A stretch of DNA of 32,436 bases from an uncultured Treponemataceae bacterium (GTDB taxonomy: Bacteria > Spirochaetota > Spirochaetia > Treponematales > UBA12059): the NCBI GenBank assembly GCA_964571545.1, contig CAZNCK010000005.1, forward strand, positions 565-33,000, in the 5' to 3' direction. Shown here piece after piece: positions 1-7,126 of the stretch. The notes below the pieces were generated by a model. That model was not told the origin of the DNA. It saw nothing but the letters and a program-made list of their open reading frames with translations, and searched no databases. Position numbers and translations under genes: made by a program. How positions within the stretch are numbered: the stretch's first letter is position 1; every line of letters starts with the position of its first letter.

Positions 1-118
1 AGAACCCCTCGGCTCCCTTGAGCTTCTTCCCCTTGAGTTGGCAACGGACCATGGAGCCGTCTTCGGTTAGTATGTCGAAACCGTTGTTGGAACCTGAAAC
101 GACGGTACCGCGGCTCAT
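1..118 (-). CDS. rsgA: Ribosome small subunit-dependent GTPase A, N-terminal part (runs off the window edge)
   Basis: Not in the ORF track. Manual translation from ATG at 118 gives MSRGTVVSGSNNGFDILTEDGSMVRCQLKGKKLKGAEGF..., resembling the N-terminal OB-fold of spirochaete RsgA. The start overlaps the murI stop (ATGA). Confidence 0.7.
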   Translation of the reverse strand, partial: MSRGTVVSGSNNGFDILTEDGSMVRCQLKGKKLKGAEGF

Positions 119-984
119 GTCAGCACCCCGGCGCAGGCAAGTTGAAACAACGACGCGAAACCGGTATAGACAGTGCCAAAATCGCCGGATCCGGTCAGGT
201 ACATGCGGTCTTCGCTACGCATGACCGCGCCGCGAAGCGCCTCGGCTGCGAGAGACTGGTCGGCCGCGCTGAGGGTACGGTTCGAACCGAGTATTGTTGC
301 GAGTCGAGCCGCCACACCGTCCCGCGAATCGACAATCGCCACGCCAGGGCCTGCGACTTCCTTGAATTCTTCGGCAAGATGCAGGAAATGAGTGCACCCA
401 AGAACGATGGCATCTACCTTCTTCTCGAGCATGGCGTTGACGCTGGGCCGGACCGCGGCGAGCCTTTCATCGCGGGAGGCGTCGATGAATCGATGCTCCA
501 CAAAGTCGACCAACGCACCGTCGCCCAGTTTAACCACTACGCAATCCGCCGCCCATTTCCTTGCCAGATCCGTAAGGTACGCCGCCGCCGCCGCCGCCGG
601 CGTCGCTACGACGCCAAGCCTGCGGCATTTTGACAAGGCTGCCGCAGGCTTTATCGCCGGCACCGTCCCTACGACCGGAACGCCGGGATTGGCTGCCCTG
701 ATCTCCTCTATCGCAAGTTCCGTAGCCGTATTGCAGGCAACCACGATGGCTTTTGGATTAGTCTTAGCCACGAGCGCGCCTATCGCGTCAAGGGCTAGCC
801 CTATCACGCGCTCCACGGATTTAGTGCCGTACGGAAAACCCGCGCGGTCCGCGAGATAGACAAAGCGTTCGCCTGGCAGAATGCGCCGAGCCGCGGCCAG
901 ATATGGAAGTCCGCCAACGCCTGAATCAAAAAAGGCGATGGGTCGTTCATCAAGGTGCATGGGTAGTCCTGTCGGGGGAGTCAA
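115..984 (-). CDS. murI: Glutamate racemase
   Basis: Motifs FFDSGVGG, FPYG, VVACNTA, GTVPAIKPA and VLGCTHF, with both catalytic Cys. Start is either TTG 984 (overlapping the upstream stop) or ATG 960. Confidence 0.96.
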   Translation of the reverse strand: MTPPTGLPMHLDERPIAFFDSGVGGLPYLAAARRILPGERFVYLADRAGFPYGTKSVERVIGLALDAIGALVAKTNPKAIVVACNTATELAIEEIRAANPGVPVVGTVPAIKPAAALSKCRRLGVVATPAAAAAAYLTDLARKWAADCVVVKLGDGALVDFVEHRFIDASRDERLAAVRPSVNAMLEKKVDAIVLGCTHFLHLAEEFKEVAGPGVAIVDSRDGVAARLATILGSNRTLSAADQSLAAEALRGAVMRSEDRMYLTGSGDFGTVYTGFASLFQLACAGVLT

Positions 985-1262
985 TTTCCAAAGAGGTTGT
1001 CAAAGGCGCTCTTGGCGGCGTTCGATGAGTCCCTCGCTTTGCCGCCCGAGACCGATGCGAAATCGGCATTGAAATATTCACAAAAATTCATGCGCTCCTT
1101 GTCCTTAACGGCCTCGGGCACCGTCTCCGTACAATCCTGATACACGCCAGGCTTGTAGAAGCGGCAATGCTTGCAGATATGCAGTTCCCTGCCACAGGCG
1201 GCGCACAGATCGCGGAAGCCTATTTTGGTAGCGGGCAGCGGAATACCGCAAAAAGAGCACAT
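981..1262 (-). CDS. Small Cys-rich (double zinc-ribbon-like) hypothetical protein
   Basis: CSFC, CAAC, CKHC and two further Cys (QDC, NFCEYF), ending AFDNLFGN. Start uncertain (ATG 1262 or 1310); the ORF-track start at 1427 overlaps the divergent promoter and gene. Confidence 0.75.
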   Translation of the reverse strand: MCSFCGIPLPATKIGFRDLCAACGRELHICKHCRFYKPGVYQDCTETVPEAVKDKERMNFCEYFNADFASVSGGKARDSSNAAKSAFDNLFGN

Positions 1263-1346
1263 GCAGGCAGTGTATGCGTCCAGCTCATTATTTTCAAGGT
1301 AGTATTCCATTCTACCCGTTCGATACGCCTTACACGCGCGAGCGAC

Positions 1347-1375
1347 TTGAGGACAATGGGGTTTTAGACTATCCT
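1347..1375 (+). promoter_or_regulatory. Putative sigma70 promoter for the pentapeptide/MBL operon
   Basis: TTGAGG-17 bp-TATCCT upstream of the GAGGAG SD at 1411-1416. Confidence 0.4.
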
Positions 1376-1425
1376 CTTCCGCATACGGACGCCATAGACG
1401 CTTGCGTATCGAGGAGACTACGGTC

Positions 1426-2025
1426 ATGTATGAATTGCGGCGATGCGCTATAGCCGGTTGCGACGTGACGGCGCTTCACGGGTCGGAATACTGCGCGATC
1501 CACCATCCCGATCCCGAAGCATTGTCTGCTTCTATCCTCCAGGAGTTTGCCGGCATCGATGTTATTAAAAACCTCAATGCTTCTGGCTTGCGTTTCCAGA
1601 GCGCCAACCTTTCGGGCAAACGTTTCTATTCCTGCTCCTTTTCCAGATCCGTACTCCAGAACATGAATTTTTCTGCTTGTACATTCAGGATGTGCTTTTT
1701 CGATTTTTGTTTCATGGATTCAAGTGATTTTTCGGGTATCGACGCGCAGTACTGCTCCTTCGCGGGTGCACGTTTTCTTAATGTATCCTTTGAACATTCG
1801 GAACTGGTGCACAACAACTTCAATGGAGCCAGGACAAACGATTGTACCTTCAATTATTCCAACCTTTACAACTCCCGTTTCATCATGTCTGAATTCGAGC
1901 GCACGGATTTTATTGACTGCAACCTCAAAAGGACCTTCATAATACCTACGAAAGAGACAGATGTTTCATGGCGCCTTTCCAACACGCAAGAAGCCATTCG
2001 GGAACTGGACAGGATTGACCCATGA
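1426..2025 (+). CDS. Pentapeptide repeat protein with an N-terminal C-x4-C-x10-C-x2-H motif
   Basis: Regular 5-residue periodicity (SANLS, SCSFS, NMNFS, ACTFR, SSDFS, YCSFA, GARFL, NVSFE, YSNLY, NSRFI, DCNLK). SD GAGGAG precedes ATG 1426. Confidence 0.9.
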   Translation: MYELRRCAIAGCDVTALHGSEYCAIHHPDPEALSASILQEFAGIDVIKNLNASGLRFQSANLSGKRFYSCSFSRSVLQNMNFSACTFRMCFFDFCFMDSSDFSGIDAQYCSFAGARFLNVSFEHSELVHNNFNGARTNDCTFNYSNLYNSRFIMSEFERTDFIDCNLKRTFIIPTKETDVSWRLSNTQEAIRELDRIDP

Positions 2026-2627
2026 CCGTGTTCTTCCATTATTCCCTGCACGGATTCGCCAATGTGTATCTCGTCGGAAACGACACTACTATGGAAGCCG
2101 CAATAGTCGATCCGGCGGCCTTCACCTTGGGCCTTCTCAACTTCATTGAGGACAAGGGCTATGTAGTCAAGGCTGTCTTGATAACGCACAACCATCCGCA
2201 TCATGTTGACGGCCTTCGGACCTTGCTCCGGATTTATGATGCGACCGTGTATTCCAGCAATGCCACCATAGGCGACGTTGCGTGCAGGATGATTCGTGAC
2301 GCCGAAGTATTTACCGTCTGCGGCCTTGAGGTGCAGGCGCTTTCGGTTCCGGGCCACTCAGCGGATTCCATGGCCTACCTTTTTGATAAAATTGTATTCA
2401 CGGGCGACGCCCTGCATGCCGGACTCATAGGCAAGACCATGAGTCAATATGGAAACAAATTGCTCAAGGAACAGCTTTCCAAAAAGGTGCTCAGCCTGTC
2501 CGACGATTGCATGGTACTACCGGGACACGGGCCGCCTTCGAGCATCGGCGCCGAAAAACTCTACAACCTGGGCTGGAGGAAAACCAAAGAGGATATCCGT
2601 GGCGACCAGTACGGCCTTTTAGCCTAA
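2022..2627 (+). CDS. MBL-fold metallo-hydrolase (glyoxalase II-like)
   Basis: IVDP, THNHPHH (variant of HxHxDH), PGHS, FTGDAL and PGHG motifs. ATGA overlap with the upstream gene. Confidence 0.9.
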   Translation: MTVFFHYSLHGFANVYLVGNDTTMEAAIVDPAAFTLGLLNFIEDKGYVVKAVLITHNHPHHVDGLRTLLRIYDATVYSSNATIGDVACRMIRDAEVFTVCGLEVQALSVPGHSADSMAYLFDKIVFTGDALHAGLIGKTMSQYGNKLLKEQLSKKVLSLSDDCMVLPGHGPPSSIGAEKLYNLGWRKTKEDIRGDQYGLLA

Positions 2628-2640
2628 CCTTTTTTTCGTC

Positions 2641-2670
2641 TTTACATGTTGTAAGAGCCAGACCTATACT
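2641..2670 (+). promoter_or_regulatory. Putative sigma70 promoter
   Basis: TTTACA-18 bp-TATACT upstream of SD AAGGAG and ATG 2731. Confidence 0.55.
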
Positions 2671-2730
2671 TCCCTTGGCTCAAGAGCCGGTGCAGGAGCG
2701 CCGCATCGATATAGTCACAAGGAGATCCCG

Positions 2731-3264
2731 ATGAGGAAGATAAGGGCGATCGCCATCGTCACTGTAATGTTACTCGCGCTGGGCGGCGTAGCGGCCTGGG
2801 CCGCTGACGACATACTGGGCTTATGGAAGATCATAGATGACAAGACCAACAAGCCAACGGCGTATGTATTGCTGTACATGAACAGCGGTAAGCTCTATGG
2901 CCGTATGATGGCCACGATAAGCAAGGAAACCGGTCTTGTAGACGATACTATCCTCACCAAAACCAAAAAGGCCGATGCACTGGCAGGCGATCCCCCCAAT
3001 TGCGGTCTTGATTTCGTATACGAAATGCAAGCCAAGGGCAGTGACTGGAAAGGCTCCATCATCGATCCCGCGGATGGTAAGGCCTACGATTGCACCATCA
3101 AGCGAGAAGGCACAAAACTGGTCGTCCGGGGTTCACTCAAGGGTACCGGAGGATTACTCGGCCGGAATCAGACCTGGCACCTGTCGAGCGTCCGGGATCT
3201 GCCCGCCGGCTTCGAGTTGCCCGACAGCAAGACTTTTGTGCCCGTCATACCAAAGAAAAAGTAG
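2731..3264 (+). CDS. Secreted DUF2147-family protein
   Basis: Signal peptide ending AWA, plus GLWKIIDD, GKLYG, GSIIDPADGKAY, LVVRG and GRNQTW motifs typical of DUF2147. Confidence 0.85.
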   Translation: MRKIRAIAIVTVMLLALGGVAAWAADDILGLWKIIDDKTNKPTAYVLLYMNSGKLYGRMMATISKETGLVDDTILTKTKKADALAGDPPNCGLDFVYEMQAKGSDWKGSIIDPADGKAYDCTIKREGTKLVVRGSLKGTGGLLGRNQTWHLSSVRDLPAGFELPDSKTFVPVIPKKK

Positions 3265-3267
3265 CGC

Positions 3268-3305
3268 GTTTCAGTTCGTCGCCTCTTAAGGCGGCGAACT
3301 GAAAC
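3268..3305. terminator. Probable bidirectional terminator hairpin between convergent genes
   Basis: GTTTCAGTTCGTCGCC / GGCGGCGAACTGAAAC, a 16-bp inverted repeat with one G-U pair, filling the gap between stops at 3264 and 3306. No long U tract. Confidence 0.7.
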
Positions 3306-4154
3306 TCATACCGAACAGGCCCTGAATCTTCGTGGGGGCGTCGCGATTGATTCCTGGGCGGACACCAGAGCCAGGTTGTCGATCCCTGAAGCCAGAGTCG
3401 CTTCGAGCACGCAGTACAGAGCCCCTATCGTTTCTTCTATTGACTCTTCGATATCACCGCATCTCAGGTAATAACCCAGGAACAAAGCGCTTGCCAGATC
3501 ACCGGAACCCTTGGGCGGCCTAGCGAAAGGCAGTACGGGCGCTGTAGCGGACTTCATTACGGTGCCATCGCTGACGAAAAATCCCAGCTCTCCCCCCTCG
3601 GCGGATCGGTAACTTTTGATGACGACAACGCGCGGTCCCAGTCGGTGTATTGACTCGGCCGCAGCGGCCGCGTCCCGCGCCGAAGAAATTGCGATACCCG
3701 ACAGCAATTCCGCCTCGAACTCGTTGGGACACACAATGTCGGCCCGGGGCACCGCCTCCGCGGCCATAAACTCCGGCAAACCGCTCTTCACATACAGACC
3801 GCCTGGAAAATCGCCCATGACGGGGTCGCAGCAGTACAGCGCCTTGGGGTTGGCATGCTTTGCCGCGTTAACCGCTCTGATGATAGCCTGGCCGGTTTCA
3901 GCGTCTCCCATGTAGCCGGAAAGCACCGCGTCGCACCCTGATAAAACGCCGAGGTTTTCCATCCCGCGAACGAGGTCGGAAACGTGATCCGCGCCAAAGG
4001 CTGTCCCGGTCCAGCCTGGCATGCCGGTGTGACAGGAAAATTGCACCGTATTGATCGGCCATACCTCAAAGCCAAGACGTTCCAGTGGAAAGACCGCCGA
4101 TCTGTTGCCCACGCGGCCGTAAGCGACATGAGACTGTATTGAGAGTATGTTCAT
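3306..4154 (-). CDS. pdxY: Pyridoxal kinase PdxY
   Basis: ILSIQSHVAYGRVGN, NTVQFSCHTG, DAVLSGYMG, CDPVMGD, PNEFEAELL and GSGDL motifs. Confidence 0.95.
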   Translation of the reverse strand: MNILSIQSHVAYGRVGNRSAVFPLERLGFEVWPINTVQFSCHTGMPGWTGTAFGADHVSDLVRGMENLGVLSGCDAVLSGYMGDAETGQAIIRAVNAAKHANPKALYCCDPVMGDFPGGLYVKSGLPEFMAAEAVPRADIVCPNEFEAELLSGIAISSARDAAAAAESIHRLGPRVVVIKSYRSAEGGELGFFVSDGTVMKSATAPVLPFARPPKGSGDLASALFLGYYLRCGDIEESIEETIGALYCVLEATLASGIDNLALVSAQESIATPPRRFRACSV

Positions 4155-5356
4155 AGAAATGCTCCGTTGCCGTGTTCAACGCTCGCCCGGTAGCGTTCCG
4201 CGTTCGCCAAGGCAGCGACGAGCGCTACGTTGAGCAGATCCAGCCCTCGATCCGTAGGCCTGAGAGAGGTGCCGTCGTACTGCAGCAATTCCGGGAATTG
4301 TTCATGCGGTTTTCCGAATACCACAAACGCGTCGAGGCCAAAACGCTTCCTGAAACTGCTCGTATTGAAACCCTTTGCCGTACGCAACGCAGTCAGGAGG
4401 CTCTCAAAGATAGCATCCGTAACGAATACGACAGTCCCCCTCACTGAACCCGCCGGATCGCTGAAATAACGCTCGTCATCGCTCGAGTTTTCGAGCCTCA
4501 GAAAGGCTCCGTCCCCTGATGAAACATTACCCACGCCTGACGGACCGACTGCAAGCCAATCCCCCATGTCCCAGTAAACCTCGTTATGTATACATTCGTG
4601 GCCGACCTTGGCCCAGTTTGAAACTTCATATCGTTTATAACCCGCTCCGACAAGTGCTTCCGCCGCGGCTTCATACATATCCGCGCGCTCGTCCTCGTCT
4701 GGCAGGCGCACGGTTCCGGCCTCCGCGGCGGTCTGCAGGGGCGTACCTGGTTCAAGGGTAAGCTCGTACAGTGACAGGTGCCCCGCGCCGAGTTCAGAGA
4801 GCCATTGCGCATCCCGCTCGATACCCCGCGGTGTCTGTCCGGGCAACCCGAACATCAGGTCCGCTGACCAGCGCGCGCTCCAATCGCGGGACAGCGTCTC
4901 GAGCCGCGTCATCGTGTCGCGCGCGCTACCCCGGCGTCCTGCCGTCCGCCTGGCATCGTCCTCGAGGCTCTGCACCCCGACGCTCAGCCTGTTGGCGCCG
5001 GAATCAGCGAGTATCTCCAGGAATCTATTGGTAATATCTTCGGGATTTGCTTCAACGGTCCATTCAACAGGCATCGTACCCCCGGCTCCAGCGCTATCAC
5101 CCAACAGTTGGAGAGCATTCCCCAGAATATCCGGGGGTAACCAGGAAGGGGTTCCTCCACCAAGATACACGGTCCGGAACCCTGTCGCGCCAAAACGGCG
5201 TTCATGGCTCCGCAGGTGTTGTTCAACAGCACGCAACCATGCGGCGGCAGCGCTCCGCATCGACTGGGAATTCCGCGCGGCAGTATGAAAGTCACAGTAG
5301 GAACATCGCGAGGCGCAGAAGGGAACATGCGCGTAGAGTGACGGGGCGCCTGGCAC
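4151..5356 (-). CDS. hemW: Radical SAM heme chaperone HemW (HemN-like)
   Basis: YAHVPFCASRCSYCDF (CxxxCxxC), YLGGGTPS, EANPE, RLSVGVQS, YEVSNWA and the HNxxYW motif (HNEVYW). Confidence 0.85.
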   Translation of the reverse strand: MPGAPSLYAHVPFCASRCSYCDFHTAARNSQSMRSAAAAWLRAVEQHLRSHERRFGATGFRTVYLGGGTPSWLPPDILGNALQLLGDSAGAGGTMPVEWTVEANPEDITNRFLEILADSGANRLSVGVQSLEDDARRTAGRRGSARDTMTRLETLSRDWSARWSADLMFGLPGQTPRGIERDAQWLSELGAGHLSLYELTLEPGTPLQTAAEAGTVRLPDEDERADMYEAAAEALVGAGYKRYEVSNWAKVGHECIHNEVYWDMGDWLAVGPSGVGNVSSGDGAFLRLENSSDDERYFSDPAGSVRGTVVFVTDAIFESLLTALRTAKGFNTSSFRKRFGLDAFVVFGKPHEQFPELLQYDGTSLRPTDRGLDLLNVALVAALANAERYRASVEHGNGAFL

Positions 5357-5361
5357 AGCGC

Positions 5362-6090
5362 CTAGTATCCGGACATCCGGTCAAGGGGCCAGTATCTGAA
5401 CAGCACTTTTCCAATGAAGTGTCCGGACTTGACCGTGCCGAAGAATCTGGAGTCAGCGCTCGAAAAACGGTTATCTCCGACGACGAAAAATTCTCCCGGT
5501 CCAAGATCTACGGGCGCCATGGTGCCGGAGAGAGGCATATCCTTGCCCCAGTCTTTGGCGGGCTGGCCGCCAGTTATATCATAGTCCGCGCCGGACACCT
5601 CATACTCGGTCAAATAGTGCGATGTCCCGCTGGATTTGACATACATGATGAATCCATCCATCATGACTGAATCGCCGGGGCCGGCAACGATCCGTTTTAT
5701 TACCGGGGTATCTAGCGCGCTGTTAGAACCAAGCTGTCCGAGTCTCTGGAATGTAAGAAAACGTACCGCCGAATCAAGGAGTCGCTGATGCCAGGAGCGT
5801 TCTTTCGATGAAGGCAAACGCACCAGCACAATGTCACCGCGACTGGGGGCCTTAAAGCTAGCTCTCTTCCCGTTGAAAGGATTCAGTATCCCATAGGTCG
5901 ACGAACCAACAACGATACGATCTCTGGAATTGAGTGTAGGCTCCATTGATGACGACGAGACAACCCAGGTTTTAAGCGCGAAGGCTGAAAACACTTCAAA
6001 GCCGACGAAAAATAACGCCGCATATTTCAATATCTGGAGGATTCTTGACCGCCTGCGCCTCGTGTCTTCAAACGATTGTACCCGCTTCAT
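5362..6090 (-). CDS. lepB: Signal peptidase I (second copy)
   Basis: N-terminal TM segment, SSSMEPTL (Ser), RGDIV, VIKRIVA (Lys) and GDNRFSSADSRFFG. ATG 6090 lies just after the upstream stop. Confidence 0.92.
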   Translation of the reverse strand: MKRVQSFEDTRRRRSRILQILKYAALFFVGFEVFSAFALKTWVVSSSSMEPTLNSRDRIVVGSSTYGILNPFNGKRASFKAPSRGDIVLVRLPSSKERSWHQRLLDSAVRFLTFQRLGQLGSNSALDTPVIKRIVAGPGDSVMMDGFIMYVKSSGTSHYLTEYEVSGADYDITGGQPAKDWGKDMPLSGTMAPVDLGPGEFFVVGDNRFSSADSRFFGTVKSGHFIGKVLFRYWPLDRMSGY

Positions 6091-6095
6091 TCTGG

Positions 6096-7061
6096 TTACC
6101 TGATACCGCCCATGCGTCCGAGCGGCCAATAGATGAACAGGGCATGTCCTAAAACCTTGTCAAGCGATACGGCTCCAAACCAGCGGGCATCCTTGGAGTT
6201 GTCCCTGTTGTCGCCCATAGTGAATATCCTGTCTTCCGGGATGAACCAGCCGGTACGGATTTTACGATCTTCGGCGACGATTCTAGCGTCATGCGGGTAT
6301 GCGGACGAAAGTTCTGACATCCGGGCCGCATTGAAGGCTTGGTCGTCGTATGGACTGTAACGCGCCGGCGCTCCGGCTGTCTGCAAGCCCATGTCCACCC
6401 AGGCGGCCATCTTACCGGCGTCATGGATCGCAGAATACTCTTCAGGCGCAACCATGCGCCTGAGCGGATACGAAAAGCCAGAAATTTTCTGGTAATCTCG
6501 TTCTGCAATCCAGTCAGCCGCTCCCCTGAACAGGAAACTTACTTCGCCGTCAACCACCCTTACAGTATCGCCGCCTACGGCAACCGCCCGCTTGATGAGA
6601 TAGTGAACGCGCGGCTGACCCGCCTCGTCGAGATCAATATCGACAAGCGTTAGCGTGGACATATAGACGAACTGCTGGAGTATCGTGAACAACGGTCCCT
6701 TTGAAAGATATGCGGGATTCTCGAATACGACGATCTCTCCGCGCCTTGCTTGTCTCGATCCAGGCATTTTTGCCATTCCCGGCAACAACTCCGGGCCGTA
6801 TACAAGTTTGTCAACGAATATCATGTCGCCGATTTCAAGCGTTCCCGACATTGATCCGGACGGTATCCGGTACATCTGGAAAAGATACTGGTTTATCAGA
6901 AGAACCATGCACACGGCCCACAAAATGGCCTCTGCCCAATCGCGAATCCAGTGTTTGGACTGTTGTTTCATTTTCTGGGTCAGCCGGCGTTTCTTGCGGC
7001 GCGTCAGGACGCGCTCGGTTAAGGACTCCAGATTCCCGGCGAAGTCAGTTTTTGCATCCAT
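6096..7061 (-). CDS. lepB: Signal peptidase I (first copy)
   Basis: IPSGSMSGTL (Ser), RGEIVVF, LIKRAVA (Lys) and MGDNRDNSKDARWFG. Start taken as ATG 7061 because of the promoter position. Confidence 0.93.
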   Translation of the reverse strand: MDAKTDFAGNLESLTERVLTRRKKRRLTQKMKQQSKHWIRDWAEAILWAVCMVLLINQYLFQMYRIPSGSMSGTLEIGDMIFVDKLVYGPELLPGMAKMPGSRQARRGEIVVFENPAYLSKGPLFTILQQFVYMSTLTLVDIDLDEAGQPRVHYLIKRAVAVGGDTVRVVDGEVSFLFRGAADWIAERDYQKISGFSYPLRRMVAPEEYSAIHDAGKMAAWVDMGLQTAGAPARYSPYDDQAFNAARMSELSSAYPHDARIVAEDRKIRTGWFIPEDRIFTMGDNRDNSKDARWFGAVSLDKVLGHALFIYWPLGRMGGIR

Positions 7062-7068
7062 CGCAACG

Positions 7069-7097
7069 AAGCTACCATCTTTCGATCGCGTTGACAA
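7069..7097 (-). promoter_or_regulatory. Sigma70 promoter for the lepB operon (extended -10)
   Basis: Minus strand TTGTCA (7097-7092)-17 bp-TAGCTT (7074-7069), preceded by TGg. Seven nt separate the -10 from ATG 7061. Confidence 0.6.
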
Positions 7098-7120
7098 GCC
7101 TTGGCGCCGGCTTCTATAAT
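7091..7120 (+). promoter_or_regulatory. Consensus sigma70 promoter for PEGA/FGE-smpB-rsmD
   Basis: TTGACA (7091-7096)-18 bp-TATAAT (7115-7120). ATG 7127 is the 7th base after the -10. Confidence 0.85.
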
Positions 7121-7126
7121 CCTGCG

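Noticed and set aside
581-598. (GCC)6 trinucleotide repeat in murI
   Set aside because: It is an in-frame poly-Ala in a helix of a GC-rich gene; slippage would not shift the frame.
4151-5356. True coproporphyrinogen dehydrogenase HemN
   Set aside because: It lacks the HemN N-terminal extension and has the HNxxYW motif, favouring HemW; no hem pathway genes are nearby.
6701-7126. 142-aa N-terminal extension of the PEGA/FGE ORF
   Set aside because: It is antisense to lepB and upstream of a consensus promoter; ATG 7127 fits better.
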